Source: Felis catus (taxonomy: Eukaryota). Taken from it: a stretch of DNA of 64,000 bases. The notes beneath the pieces are model-generated. The model did no database searches. It was not told the DNA's origin and saw only the letters and a program-made list of their open reading frames with translations. Where the stretch lies: the NCBI RefSeq assembly GCF_018350175.1, contig NC_058368.1, forward strand, positions 124,994,001 to 125,058,000, in the 5' to 3' direction. Of this stretch, positions 13,208-24,849 are shown in pieces (position 1 is the stretch's first letter; every line of letters begins with the position of its first letter). The position numbers were made by a program, and so were the translations under genes.

Positions 13208-13948
13208 AAAGTAAAAATTTTCTTTAATAAAGGGTGATCTTGGTGTTAACTTTACCAATTATTTGAACATTTGCCTCTAGGTCACCTCTCTCTCATGAAT
13301 AAAGCAGTTGTGTCAGTGTTCCTCTGAGAAAATTAAAAAGCTCAAAAGGCAATCACTGAGACTTCTATTTTTTCAATCTAAAATCTAGACTCAATGTTTA
13401 TTGTCTGACAGGACATTCCTATTTTCCCATTCTGACAGACAGCTACAACCAAGGAGAAGGTGTATCAAGACACTTGGTAACTTCTTTGCTGATCTCCTGT
13501 TCTGAAGACCACCCAGCTCCTAGCTGGCCATTCAAGCTCCCACCCATCCATCCACCATCTATTTACCCACCGATCTAGTTTCCTAAACTACTTCTACATG
13601 CTAACGCTCTGAACCTTCAATGACCACCAACCACCTAATTCCTCAAACCTCAACATTTCCAATGATCTTAGTCTGCCTAAAAACTTTACTTCCTACCATT
13701 CCTAATGCAATTGTTTGCTGTACTCAGATCACTGTAGTCTTGCTCTGTGAACCCATTGTGTTCAATCCCATCTCTGTACCTTTGCTCATGCCAGTGGTTC
13801 TCAAACTTCTTGAACTCATAGTTTTGTCTGAGAAGTGGTTGAGAACCAATATTCAAAGCTGCCACAACCAACTGTGTACTACACAATTCAATGGGGCATC
13901 ATTCACACTACAGTCCTAAAAGAGTTGTGTATTTATTACAATTACTTT

Positions 13949-13963
13949 CCACTAGATGGCAGT
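13949..13963 (+). promoter_or_regulatory. Candidate CTCF site CCACTAGATGGCAGT
   Basis: Matches the CTCF core CCASYAGRKGGCRS; lies in repeat-poor sequence. Confidence 0.6.
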
Positions 13964-14220
13964 AAAGTGGCTGAAGGAAGAAGTGGCTTTTGCTTAAAAA
14001 AAAAAAAGTGGCTTTTGCTAATCCACACAAAGACTAGCAGAGATCATTTTTTTCTTCTGCTTTTAATGAAATATTTTAGGTCCTATGGCACAAAATAACT
14101 TCGAAATATTCTGCGTCTAATTTTATCAATATGCCATACACTACTGTAATTCATAGAATGGGCATTAACTCCAATGAAATGTCCTTCCTCAAAATTTTGC
14201 ATCACAGTTTGTAGTTCTAA

Positions 14221-14530
14221 CACTCGATTCTAAAACATTTTTGTCTTCAGACTCTATTACACTTTTGAAAATTACCAAGAGTCCCCAAGGAGCTTTCGTT
14301 TATATGGGATATATCCATTGATATTTCCTGTATCACATGAAAACTGATGTTTTAAAATATTTACTTATTAATTAAAAATAAAAATTCAAAATCTATTACA
14401 TCTTAATGTGGATGACATACCTTTATAAAAAACAGTTAATCCATTTCCCCCATAAGTAGTGAGAAGAATGACATTTTTTCTATTTTTGCAAAGGTATTTT
14501 CTTTCTGGCTTAATAAAAGAACGGGATTCT
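14221..14530. mobile_element. hAT Charlie1-like DNA transposon end
   Basis: Resembles the Charlie1 terminus (acacttttgaaaatta...ccccaaggagctttcgtttatatggg...agtgagaagaatgacatt...tctggcttaata). Confidence 0.65.
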
Positions 14531-15682
14531 TGAGACAGGGGAAGCTAGCAGAGTAGGGGGGACCTAAGCTCACCTCTCCTCACGAACAAATCTAGATAAC
14601 TATCAAATGATCCTAAATACCCCAGAAATCAACCTGAAGACTGGCAAAACAAACTCCACAACTAAAGGGAGAGGCCATATCGAAGAAGACAGCAAGTACC
14701 GAGACAGGTCTGGGAGAGAAATACATTGTGGCCACTGCAGTGAGGAGGGAGCTGTGGCCACAGAGAAAAGCAAGAGACAAACACAGAGGGGAAAACAAAT
14801 CCCCAGAGCAATTGGCTAGGAAAGCAAGAGGGCCCAAATTGCTTGAGTTCTTGCACCCAGTTGTGCTTAAAGCCTACAGTTTTAAAGGTCAGCTTGGCTC
14901 TGGGAGAGCTTGGAGGATATCGGGCTACTCTTGAAGAAAAGGCAGGTCAAATACTCTGTAGACTTAGGACATGGAAACAGTTATCTGAAAAGAACCTGGG
15001 GCACACATGGTGAGGTTACCAGTTGCTCATCTCAGAGCATGTCACAGAGAGGGAGTATTCACAGAGAGTCCCCTTCTGGAAGAAAAGAACTCACAGGCAC
15101 CATTTCCCACCCTGTCCCTCACCATAAGCACGGGACCACCTGTAGGAACCAGCACAGACACTTGCTACCTAACTTGCTTACACCAAGGCCCACACCCCCA
15201 CACTCTGGTGGAGGTGTCCTTTCCTGTCACGCTTGCCTCAGTACCAACAGGGCAGGCCCTTCCCAGACCAGCCCAAACCCATGCTCACACCTCATCTCCT
15301 GACATGGGAGTTCGGGGGACCCTTGGTTCTGGCAGCAGTGGCACAGTGGTGACAGGTCTCACATCACAAGCAGACCAGAAGACACCTAGGTAAAACTCAC
15401 CACATCCAGGCCAAGGACGAAACACTGCCCACAACAAAGAGAGCCTCTGCAGACTACTGGCCTGAGAGATAAAGCAGCCAGGACACAACAGCAAAGCAAG
15501 CACACGCTGCATACAATGGAGATAGTCTAGAAACCACCAGGCCCGGGGAATAGGTGATACTATACTTAGGCACCTCCTCTTCATAAAACCATTACTCTCA
15601 AGAACAAGAGGTATAGCTGACTTTCCTAGCATACAGAAGCAGGCACAAAGACTTAGACAAAATGAGAAGAGAGAGGAATTTC

Positions 15683-15752
15683 TTTTTTGGGGGGCAGGGG
15701 GAGAGGGCGAAAGTAAGCAAGGGGCAGAGAAAGAGAGGGAATCCCAGGAAAA

Positions 15753-15801
<49 letters not shown>

Positions 15802-15979
15802 GACAGAGACAGAGAGAGAGAGACAGAGAGAGAGAGAAGTGGGGCTTGCCAGAACCAGGGCTCGTGTTCACCTGAAGCAGGGCTTGTGCTCACCCAATGT
15901 GAGACTCGAACTCACAAACGGTGAGATCATGACCTGAGCTGAAATCTGATGTTCAATGATTGAGCCACTCCAGGCACCA
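15683..15979 (-). mobile_element. CAN-SINE variant with internal repeated units, in L1 ORF1
   Basis: Long (GA)n; repeated gggct(c/t)gtg(t/c)tcacc units. Confidence 0.85.
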
Positions 15980-16102
15980 GAAGAATTTCACCTAAATCAA
16001 AGAACAAGACAAGGCCATGGCCAGGGATCTAAGCGAAACAGATATAAGTACACACCTGATGGAGAATTTAAAGCAATGATCATAAGAATACTCACTTGAC
16101 TT

Positions 16103-16320
16103 GGGGCGCCTGGGTGGCGCAGTCAGTTAAGCGTCCGACTTCAGCCAGGTCACGATCTCGCGCTCCGTGAGTTCGAGCCCCGCATCAGGCTCTGGGCTGA
16201 TGGCTCAGAGCCTGGAGCCTGTTTCTGATTCTGTGTCTCCCTCTCTCTCTGCCCCTCCCCCGTTCATGCTCTGTCTCTCTCTGTCCCAAAAATAAATAAA
16301 AAACGTTGAAAAAAAAAAAA
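16103..16320 (+). mobile_element. Young SINEC_Fc-type SINE
   Basis: CpG-rich; perfect 19-bp TSD aagaatactcacttgactt. Confidence 0.95.
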
Positions 16321-17351
16321 AAGAATACTCACTTGACTTGAGAAAAGAGTGGAGGACACCAGCGAGACCATTAACATACAGATATGGAATAACATAGTAC
16401 AGATAAAGGGCTCAATAAAAAAGAGAAACATGCTTGACAGAATAAACAGCAGGCTGGAAGAAGCAGAGAAACAAATTAGTGACCTAAAAGACACAGTAAT
16501 TAAAGTAATCAAGCTGAACAAAAGAAAGAGGTAGAATTATGCAAAACAAGAATTCACTTACGGAACTCAGTGACTCCATCAAACAGAGCAGCACTCATAT
16601 TACAGGAGAAGAAGAGAAAAGAAGAAGAAAGGGAAAAGAGGGCAGAGAATTTATTTGAAGAAATAATAGCTGAAAAATTCCCTAACCTGGGGAAGGAAAT
16701 TGACATCCAGATCCAGATGACACCGAGAACTCCCAAAAATTACAAAAGCAGATGCACACCAAGACATATTGTAATAAAAATGGCAAAATATAGTGATAAA
16801 AATATTATACTATAAAAACAATGAAAACACTAATTTGAAAGGATATATGCACCCCTATGTTTATTGCAGCATTATTTACAATAGCCAAATTATGGAAGGA
16901 GCCCAAGTGTCCATCGATAGAACAATGGATAAAGAAGTTATATATATGCAATGGAAGATTATCAGCCATTAAAAAAGAATGAAATCTTGCCATTTACAAC
17001 AACGTGGATGGAGCTACAGAGTATTATGCTAAGCAAAATAAGTCCATCAAAGAAAGACAAATCCCATATGATTTCACTCATGTGTAATTTAAAAAACGAA
17101 ACAGATGAATGTGGGGTGGGGAGAAGAGAGAGAGGCAAAGATTCTGTTTAAGAATCATAAAACAGATTCTTAACTATAGACAACAAACTGAGGGTTGCTG
17201 GAGGGGAGGTAGGTGGGGGTATGGGTCAAATGGATGATAGGTATTAAGTAGGGCACTTGTGATGAGCACTGGGAAGTGGTGAATCACTAAATTCTATGCC
17301 TGAAACTAATATTACACTATAAGGTAACTAGATGGAATTTCAATAAAAAAA

Positions 17352-19116
17352 TTGAGTGTTTTGGTAAATTGGGTTGGTTGACGCTTAGCTATTTCAGTGG
17401 TGACGCCACTTCATTCTTTCTGATACTCTTACCTCTGGAGATCTTCATATTTCTCTAAGTTCTTCCATCTAAATACATAAGCCTGTATCTCCCTCTTTTT
17501 TTTCTCTCTACCCTCTATTCAGCAACATGAGTGTGGATCCAGCTCAGCCCCAATGCCCACTTTGCCCCAAAGCACCCAATTCTAGGGACTCTTCTCCAAT
17601 GCATGAGGTTTATGGGCCTGAAGGAAATTATGCATCCTTGGAAATGTCATCTGCTGAGACCCCACACACAGAGACTATCGCTCCTCTTCCTTCCTCCATG
17701 GATCTGCTTGTTCAGTACAGGCCCAATACTTCCACCAGTCCCAGAGTAAAAGTACTACGCACTTCTACAGAGAAGATCACAGGGAAGAAGGAAGATACAG
17801 CTCAGGGCAACAAACAGAAGATCAGAGCCATCTTATCTCAAACCCAGCTGTATGTACTCAATGAGAGATTTCAGACACAGAAATACCTCAGTCTCTAGCA
17901 GATGCAAGAACTTTCCAACATTCTGAACCTTAGCTATAAGCAGTTTAAGACCTGGTTCCAAAACCAGAGAATGAAATGTAAGAGATGGCAGAAAAACAAC
18001 TGGCCAAAGAATAACAACAGGGTGACTCAGCTCTCCAGAATACCCAGACTTCTATTCCTATCACCAGGGATACCTGATGAACTTCCGGAAACCCTCCAAT
18101 ATGGAGCAACTATTACTGGAACAGTCAGACCTGGTATCCCCAAGCCTGCAACAGCCAGACCTGGAACAATCAGCTCCACAACTGTGGAGAGGAATCCCTG
18201 CAGCCCAGATCCAGTTCCAGCAAAATTCTGTCAGCAATTTGGAGTCCATCTTAGAAACTGCTGGAGAGGGGCAGCTGGGTGGCTCAGTAGGTTAAGCATC
18301 CAATTTCAGCTCAGGTCATGATCTCACAGTTCATGGGTTGGAGCCTTGTGTCGGGTTCTGTGCGGACAGCTCGGAGCCTGGAGCCTGCTTCGGATTCTGT
18401 GTCTCCCTCTCTCTCTGCTCCTCCCCCACTCACACTCTGTCTCTCCCTCTCAAAAATAAATAAACATTAAGACAGACAGAAAGACAAAAACTAACTGCTA
18501 GGGAAAGCCATAGTGTAATACAGCAAACCACTAAGTATTTTAGTACTCAGGAAACAACAGATTTATTCCCAAATTACTCTGAACATACAGCCTAAAGATG
18601 TGTGACGATGAATATATCAATCTCAATGTGGGTGGTGGCTGTATTACTTCTCCTAGGATTTGTCTTTTACGGTCTGTATCTCTTCCTTGATATTGTTTTT
18701 CATTATGCTTATTCTGTCAATCAAGGGAGTATGGTTGCAGTCTAATCAAAGAGGATTCCGTAGCTTTGGCTGCTATAGACAACATGCTAAAAGATGTTTC
18801 TGGCTATATATAACTAGATACAATACTAAATTGGACATCTTTCGGCTCCAGAATTCAACCTCAAGAATGGGAAATAAAAATACAAAGACATGTGATGAAG
18901 GATTATTTGTATTTTCTGAGATTGTGAGGCTTGTTAACAACTTCAACTGTTATGGTGATGGGTTAAGTTATAATGTGCATCACTGATTTACTCTGCCCCC
19001 TGTGCTGGTTTAATTACAACTCCTAACTTGTTCATTATTCATTTGTAGAAAGCTGAGGGCCAGCTTGGCTGGTGGTTTATAGGTTTAAGTACAAATAAAT
19101 ACCCACTTTATCTTTA
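17352..19116 (+). pseudogene. NANOG: NANOG processed pseudogene (5' UTR, disrupted CDS 17527-18605, 3' UTR)
   Basis: MSVDPAQPQC..., homeodomain [61 protein letters not shown]-repeat remnants, C-terminus ...QPKDV*. No introns; premature TAG 17896-17898; frameshifts; SINE insertion at 18268; AATAAA 19094-19099. Confidence 0.95.
18268..18492 (+). mobile_element. CAN-SINE inserted in the NANOG pseudogene CDS
   Basis: TSD-like aactgctggaga / aactgctaggga. Confidence 0.92.
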
Positions 19117-19119
19117 AAA

Positions 19120-19543
19120 TACATACACACATACATAGAAACAAAAAGAACAGAAGGTCTCAAATCATTGATGTAAGGTTCTACTAATCAAGCTGGAAAA
19201 AGAAGAGTAAAACCAAAGTAAGTAGAATGTATAATAGAGAACAGAAATTAATAAAATGGAAAATAGACAAACAAAAGAGAACATTAAGACAAAAGCTGTT
19301 TCTTTGGAGAAAAAAACCCGAGTTACAAAGATGAAGAAAAAGGAAAAAAAAAATCACCAAAATCAGGAATCAAAGTGGGGTTCTCACTACAGATCATATA
19401 TAAGACTATATTTATGAACAACTTTATGTCAAAAGTTTGACAGCATAAATAAACAAATTTCACGAAGAACCTTTTATCAAACTTGAAACAAAATGAAACA
19501 GAAATTTTCAAGAGTGCTTCATCTTTCAAGGAAATTGAATTCA
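19120..19543 (+). mobile_element. Old L1M ORF2 fragment (continues at 23839-24320)
   Basis: ggtctcaaatca...gaaaaagaagag...actacagatc...aacaactttatg; resumes after the nested L1 with ggtttcactggtgaattctatcaa. Confidence 0.7.
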
Positions 19544-22500
19544 GGAGGAGGGATCAAGATGGCAAAGTAAGAAGATCCTGAGCTCACTTCCTCCCATGGA
19601 CATACCAAAATCTACAACTATGTAAAGAACAACTATCTTTGAAAACAAACTGAAGACTACCAGAACATGTCATACACAACTAAGGAAAAAAAGAAAAAGC
19701 CACATTAATATGGGTGGGAGGGGGTGAAGACATTATCTAATTAGTACCCACACCTCCTGCACAATGATCCCCTGCAGAAGGGTATCAAACATACAGGCCC
19801 TCCAAGAGAAACAAGGAGTCCAAGCCCCACATCTGGATCCCCAGTTAAGAGACTGGGAGCTAGAGAGCATTATGCTAAGCACGGGAAAGATGAGTGCCCA
19901 TAATATCTGGCTTTGAAAACCAGTGGACTTATGTGTGGGAGACCCAGAAGGCAATAGGAAACGTATGTTCCATGCTTTAGGGCAGGTGCATAACCTCAAT
20001 CATCCCAAGTTCCAGAGCAGAGGCAGCAGTTGGAAAAGCACCTGGGTGCTGAAAAGAGATTCACTGACCAATTTCAGGACATGTGCCAGAGGGGCAGGGA
20101 TCTGTTAGAACATTTTCCAAAGATGGGTGTGTTACCAGACACCTTTTTCTTCTTCTTTTTTTTTTTTTTTTTTTTTTTTTTCATTTCCCTTCTACCTAGC
20201 TGTTCCAGCCTGGCAGGAGCCATTTCTGACACTCTACCTACTATGGTAACACCAATCACCTGGCCCCAGCCTTTCTCTGCAGATTGTACCAGCCCAGCCC
20301 AGCACCCCTCCAAAGCAGCTCCCACCCTGCCACACCTGGGGGTGGAGGCAGCTGTACTGGAGCCCTGGCCTCCCACTACTCCCATCCCCAGCAAGCAACC
20401 TCCACCCCAGGGGAAAAGAGCCAAATACTAGGGCACCTGCAATAGTCACACCTGGAGGTCACAGCCAGCCACAGTGGAAGCCTATTCCACCCACACACAT
20501 GGCCACAGCTGCTGCAGCAGGACTTCACAGCCAGCTGCACAAGGAGCCAACTCTGACACAAGCATGCCCATAGTGGTTATGGCCTGTACTCTCAGCCAGA
20601 CAGACCAAGGACCATCCCCACTCACCAGGACATCCAGAGCCGACATGGGAAGCCCTCACAAAAAGCTGCACAACTGCCCTGCACACCAGGGAGTTCACAC
20701 CAAGTGCAACCCAGCTATAAAAGAAGGGTACGTGCAGCCCACACAGGAGAGCCCTCTAAGGCACCTGGCTCAAGAATGAGGAGGTGGGAGAGGGGTTGCA
20801 CAACTGAGCCTGACAGGACACTTTCTGCATAAAGCCAATCTTTCAAAACTGAAAGATATAATTGATTTACCTAATACACAGAAACAAACACAAACAGGCA
20901 CAAGAAAGAGACAGAGGAATATGCTCAAGACAAGAGAACAAGACAAAACCTCAGAAAAAGAACTAAAGAAAAGAGAGAGAAGCAATATACCTGATAAAGG
21001 TTCAAATTAATTTTCATAAGATGTTCACCAAACTCGGGAGAATGCATGAACACACTGAGAACTTCAACAAAGACAAACAACATATAAAAAGAATCAATCA
21101 GAGCCTAAGAAAAACTGAAATGAAAAAACACACTAGAAGAAAATACCAGTGGATGAGATGATGCACAAGAATGGATCAGAAACCTGGATGACAGAATAGT
21201 GGAAACTACCCAACTGGAACAGCAAAAGGAAAAAATAATCAAACACAATGAGGATAGCTTAAGGGACCTCTGGGGCAACATTCTCAGCAACAACATGTGG
21301 GAAGCAGAGAAACATTTGCATAATGGGTACCAGAAGAAGAGAGACATAAAGGGGTCGAAGACCTATCTGAAGAAATATTGACAGAAATTTCCCTGACGTG
21401 GTGAAGGAAACAGATATCCCATTCCAGGAAGCATAGAGTCCCAAACAAGATGAACCTAAAGAGACCCACACCAAGACACATAATAATCAGTGTCAACAGT
21501 TAAAGGCAAAATCTTTAAAGTAGCAACAGAAAAGCAACTAGTTATGTATAAGGGGACCCTCAAAAAACTATCAGCTGATTTTTCAGATTTCACAGGCCAG
21601 AAGGAAGCAGTACAATATATTCAAGGTGTTGAAAGGAAAACATTTAAAACAAGAATATTCTACCTGACAAAGTTATCACTCAGAATTGAACAATAGATCA
21701 GACCTTCTCAGATAAGCAAAAGCTAATGGAGTTCATTAACATCAAACCAGCCTTACAAGAAACCTTTCGGAAACTTCTTTACATGAAAAAAGAAAAGGCC
21801 ATAACTAGAAATAAGAAAATTGTGAAAAAAAATAAAATGCAACTGGTAAAGGTAAACACATAGTAAAGATAAATAATCAACCAGAGTGAGTTATGAAGAC
21901 TGACAGACAAAAGTAGTAAAATCATCTAGACCCACAATAATTAAAGGATACACAACATATTAATATGTAAAATATAATAACAACATAAAATGTGGTAAGG
22001 GTGGTTAAACTATGGTGCTTTTAACTTGAACTTAAATGACCATCAACTTAAAACAGAATGAACCTCATGTTATATATAAACCACAAAACTAAATCCTATA
22101 AATAACAGATACACAAAAAAGGAATACAAACATAACACAAAGGAAAGTCACCAAATCACAAAGAGAGCAAGAGAAGGAACAGAGAAGAACAGCAAAAACA
22201 GAAAACAACTGACAAAACAGCAGTAAGTACCTATCTATCAATAACTACATTAAATTAAATGAACCAAATGCTCCAAAGAAAAGGCACAAGGTGTGTAAAT
22301 GGGTAAAAAAAAAAAAAAAAAAGAAACATAAAAAACAAGACCCATCTATAAGCTGCCTACACGAGACTCACTTCAGATATAAAGACATACACAGACTGAA
22401 AGTGAAGAGATGGAAAAAGATAGCCCATGCAAATAGAAGTAAAAAGAAAGCTGGAGTAATACTTATATCAGACAAAAACACAGTAACACACAGACTGTAA

Positions 22501-23047
22501 CTGAAGACAAAGAATGGCATTACAAAAGATAAAAGGATCAACGAAACCAAAGAATATAACACCTATAAACATCTATGCACCCAACACAGGGGCACCTAAC
22601 ATATAAAGCAATATTAACAGACATAAAGGTGAGAATTGACAGTAAATGAAATAATAGCAGTGACATTGGTGGATAGATCATCCAGACAGAAAATCAACAA
22701 GGAAACAGTGGTTTTAAACGACACGTTACACCAGGTGGACTTAATAGATATACAGAGCATTCCATCCCCAAACAGCAGACTACACATTCTTTTCAAGTGT
22801 ACAGGGAATACTCTCCCAATAGATCACATGTTAGGCCACAAAACAAGTCTCAATAAATTTAAGAAGAATTAAATAATATCAAGCATTTTTTCTGACCACA
22901 CAGTATGAAACTAGAAATCACTTGCAAGAAAAAAAATGGAAACAAACAAACAAACAAAAAACACATGAAGGCCAAACAACATTCTACTTAACAACCAATG
23001 GGCTAATAAAAAAATCAAAGGGGAAATTAAAAAAATATCTTAAGACA

Positions 23048-23270
23048 GGGGCGCCTGAGTGGCTCAGTCAGTTAAGCATCTGACTTCAGTCAGATTATGA
23101 TCTCACGGTTCATGAGTTCGAGCCCCACATCGGGCTCTGTGCTGACAGCTCAGAGCCTGGAGCCTACTTTGGATTCTGTGTGTGTGTCTCTCTCTGCTCT
23201 CCCCCACTCATTCTCTGTCTCTCTCTCTCTCTTTCAAAACTAAATTAAAAACATTAAAAAAAATGTTATT
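23048..23270 (+). mobile_element. CAN-SINE in L1
   Basis: TSD aaata(t/c)cttaagaca. Confidence 0.92.
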
Positions 23271-23451
23271 AAATACCTTAAGACAAATGAAAATGGAAAC
23301 ACAATGGTCCACAACCTGCAGGATGCAGACAACACAGTTCTAAGAGGAAAGCTTATAGCAATACAGGCCAATCTCAAGAAACAAGAAAAATCTCAAATAA
23401 ACTTACACCTAAAAGAACTAGAAAAAGAACAAACTAATACTAATGTTGTAG

Positions 23452-23635
23452 AAGCGTCCTGACATGGGCTCAGGTCATGATCTCACAGTTAATGGGTCCA
23501 AGCCCCGCATTGGGCTCTGTGCTGACACCTCAGAGCCTGGAGCCTGTTTCGGATTCTGTGTCTCCCTCTCTCTCTGCCCCTCCCCTGCTCATGCTCTGTC
23601 TCAAAAATAAACAAACATTACAAAAAAATTTTTTA
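23452..23635 (+). mobile_element. CAN-SINE lacking its 5' head, at the L1 deletion junction
   Basis: Begins at aagcgtcctgac; body and tail intact. Confidence 0.85.
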
Positions 23636-23838
23636 AAAAGAATATGTGGTATAAATATATACAATGGAATATTACTCAGCCATAAAAAAGAATTGCTATT
23701 TCAAAACCTGTAACAACTTTGTATGGTGACAGATGGTAGCTAGACTTCTGATGGAGATCACTTACTAATGTATATAAATGTTGAATCACTATGTACACCT
23801 GAAACTAATATTGTATGACAACTGTACTTCAATTTTAA

Positions 23839-24320
23839 AAACTGAATTCATTATCAAAGAAAACTACAAACCCAAATGGTTTCACTGGTGAATTCTATCA
23901 ACATTCAAGGAAGGAATAACACCATTCCTATACAAATGTTTTGGTCTTTTTTCACAAGTAGAGGAAAAGAGAATACTTCTCAAACCATTTTATGAGGTCA
24001 GCAAAAGTCTAACACCAAAACCTGAAAACAAAACTACAAACAAGCCACGACACTGAAAATTTTATAACACACTTCGAAATAAATTTGAGACAACAAAAGC
24101 ATATAAAAACCTATAGAGTATGACCAATGTGTTACTCATAACTATCTAGCTATCTCAATCCAAGCATGGTGTAACATCTGAAAATGTATAATTCATACAT
24201 TAACAAAAGAACATAGAGAAATTATGTGATCACCTCAGTAAATAGCAAAGAAAAGCATGTGATACTCATCAACTTAAAAATTCTTGACAAACCAAAACTA
24301 GAAGAGAACTTTTTAGATTT
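23839..24320 (+). mobile_element. Old L1M ORF2 fragment, continuation
   Basis: ggtttcactggtgaattctatcaa...cattttatgaggtcagc. Confidence 0.65.
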
Positions 24321-24583
24321 GAAGTACACTTACCAGAAAATTAAATAGTAATAAACGATGTTAAAACCGTAGAAACAGAATAATAAAGTGTAATTATACA
24401 AATATGGAGAAACTCCAAAATACATTTTTGAATAAATAAAAGAAGTGGATATTTGTAATAGCTTTAAAACATTCACACATATATCTATGATTTTCTGTAG
24501 GAATACAGAACACATAGAAATAAGACTGAAATAAGACAAACACATAGAAATAAGACTGGTAGAAAACACATCAGTCTGATAAC

Positions 24584-24764
24584 TTTTTTTATGTTTATTT
24601 ATTTATTTTTGAGAGAGACAGAGACAGAGTGTGAGAGGGGGAAGGGCAGAGATAGAGGGAGACACACAATCCGAAGCAGGCTCCAGGCTGCGAGCCGTCA
24701 GCGCAGAGCCCTACATCGCGCTTGAACCCACCAAGCTTAACCGACTGAGCCACCCAGGCACCCC
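24584..24764 (-). mobile_element. CAN-SINE ~400 bp upstream of the SETD9 ATG
   Basis: Reverse-complement SINE. Confidence 0.9.
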
Positions 24765-24849
24765 ATAAATTCTTAACAAACACGTACTGATTTCAGAGAT
24801 TCTTGTAGTTTGCATCCACTGGAACTAAGCGTGGTCTGAACTTCTCCGA

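Larger units (their letters stand above)
14531..17350 (+). mobile_element. LINE-1: 5' UTR and partial ORF1 joined to ORF2 C-terminus and 3' UTR (internally deleted)
   Basis: ORF1 peptides (NLFEEIIAEKFPNLGKEIDIQIQ...PRHIVIKMAK) end ~16805, then KDICTPMF-type ORF2 end, 3' UTR and aataaaaaaa at 17342-17351. Confidence 0.85.
19544..23838 (+). mobile_element. LINE-1 with 5' UTR, decayed ORF1, endonuclease part of ORF2, large deletion, 3' UTR; flanked by TSD
   Basis: Starts ggaggagggatcaagatggc; EN peptides (QDPSISCLHETHFRYKDIHRLKVKRWKK; IDHMLGHKTSLNKFKK); TSD aaa(t/c)tgaattca at 19532-19543 and 23839-23850. Confidence 0.88.

Noticed and set aside
13560..13919. Hydrophobic ORF 13620-13919 (…LLMPVVLKLLEL…) suggesting a mitochondrial insert (COX2-like)
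   Set aside because: The resemblance is a few residues only and comes from an L2-like stretch plus the hAT-like TIR; no sustained mitochondrial gene match is visible.
14910..15893. ORFs of 128-202 aa on both strands
   Set aside because: They fall in an L1 5' UTR and a (CT)n SINE tail; low complexity with no recognisable domain.
14515..19160. aaaagaacgggattct / aaaagaacagaaggtct as a TSD enclosing L1 plus NANOG
   Set aside because: Only the first 8 bases match and the right copy is explained by old L1M ORF2 sequence; insufficient to prove a single insertion.
20030..20779. Overlapping ORFs of 101-133 aa, including poly-F/poly-K
   Set aside because: They come from the GC-rich 5' UTR of the second L1 and a poly-T tract.
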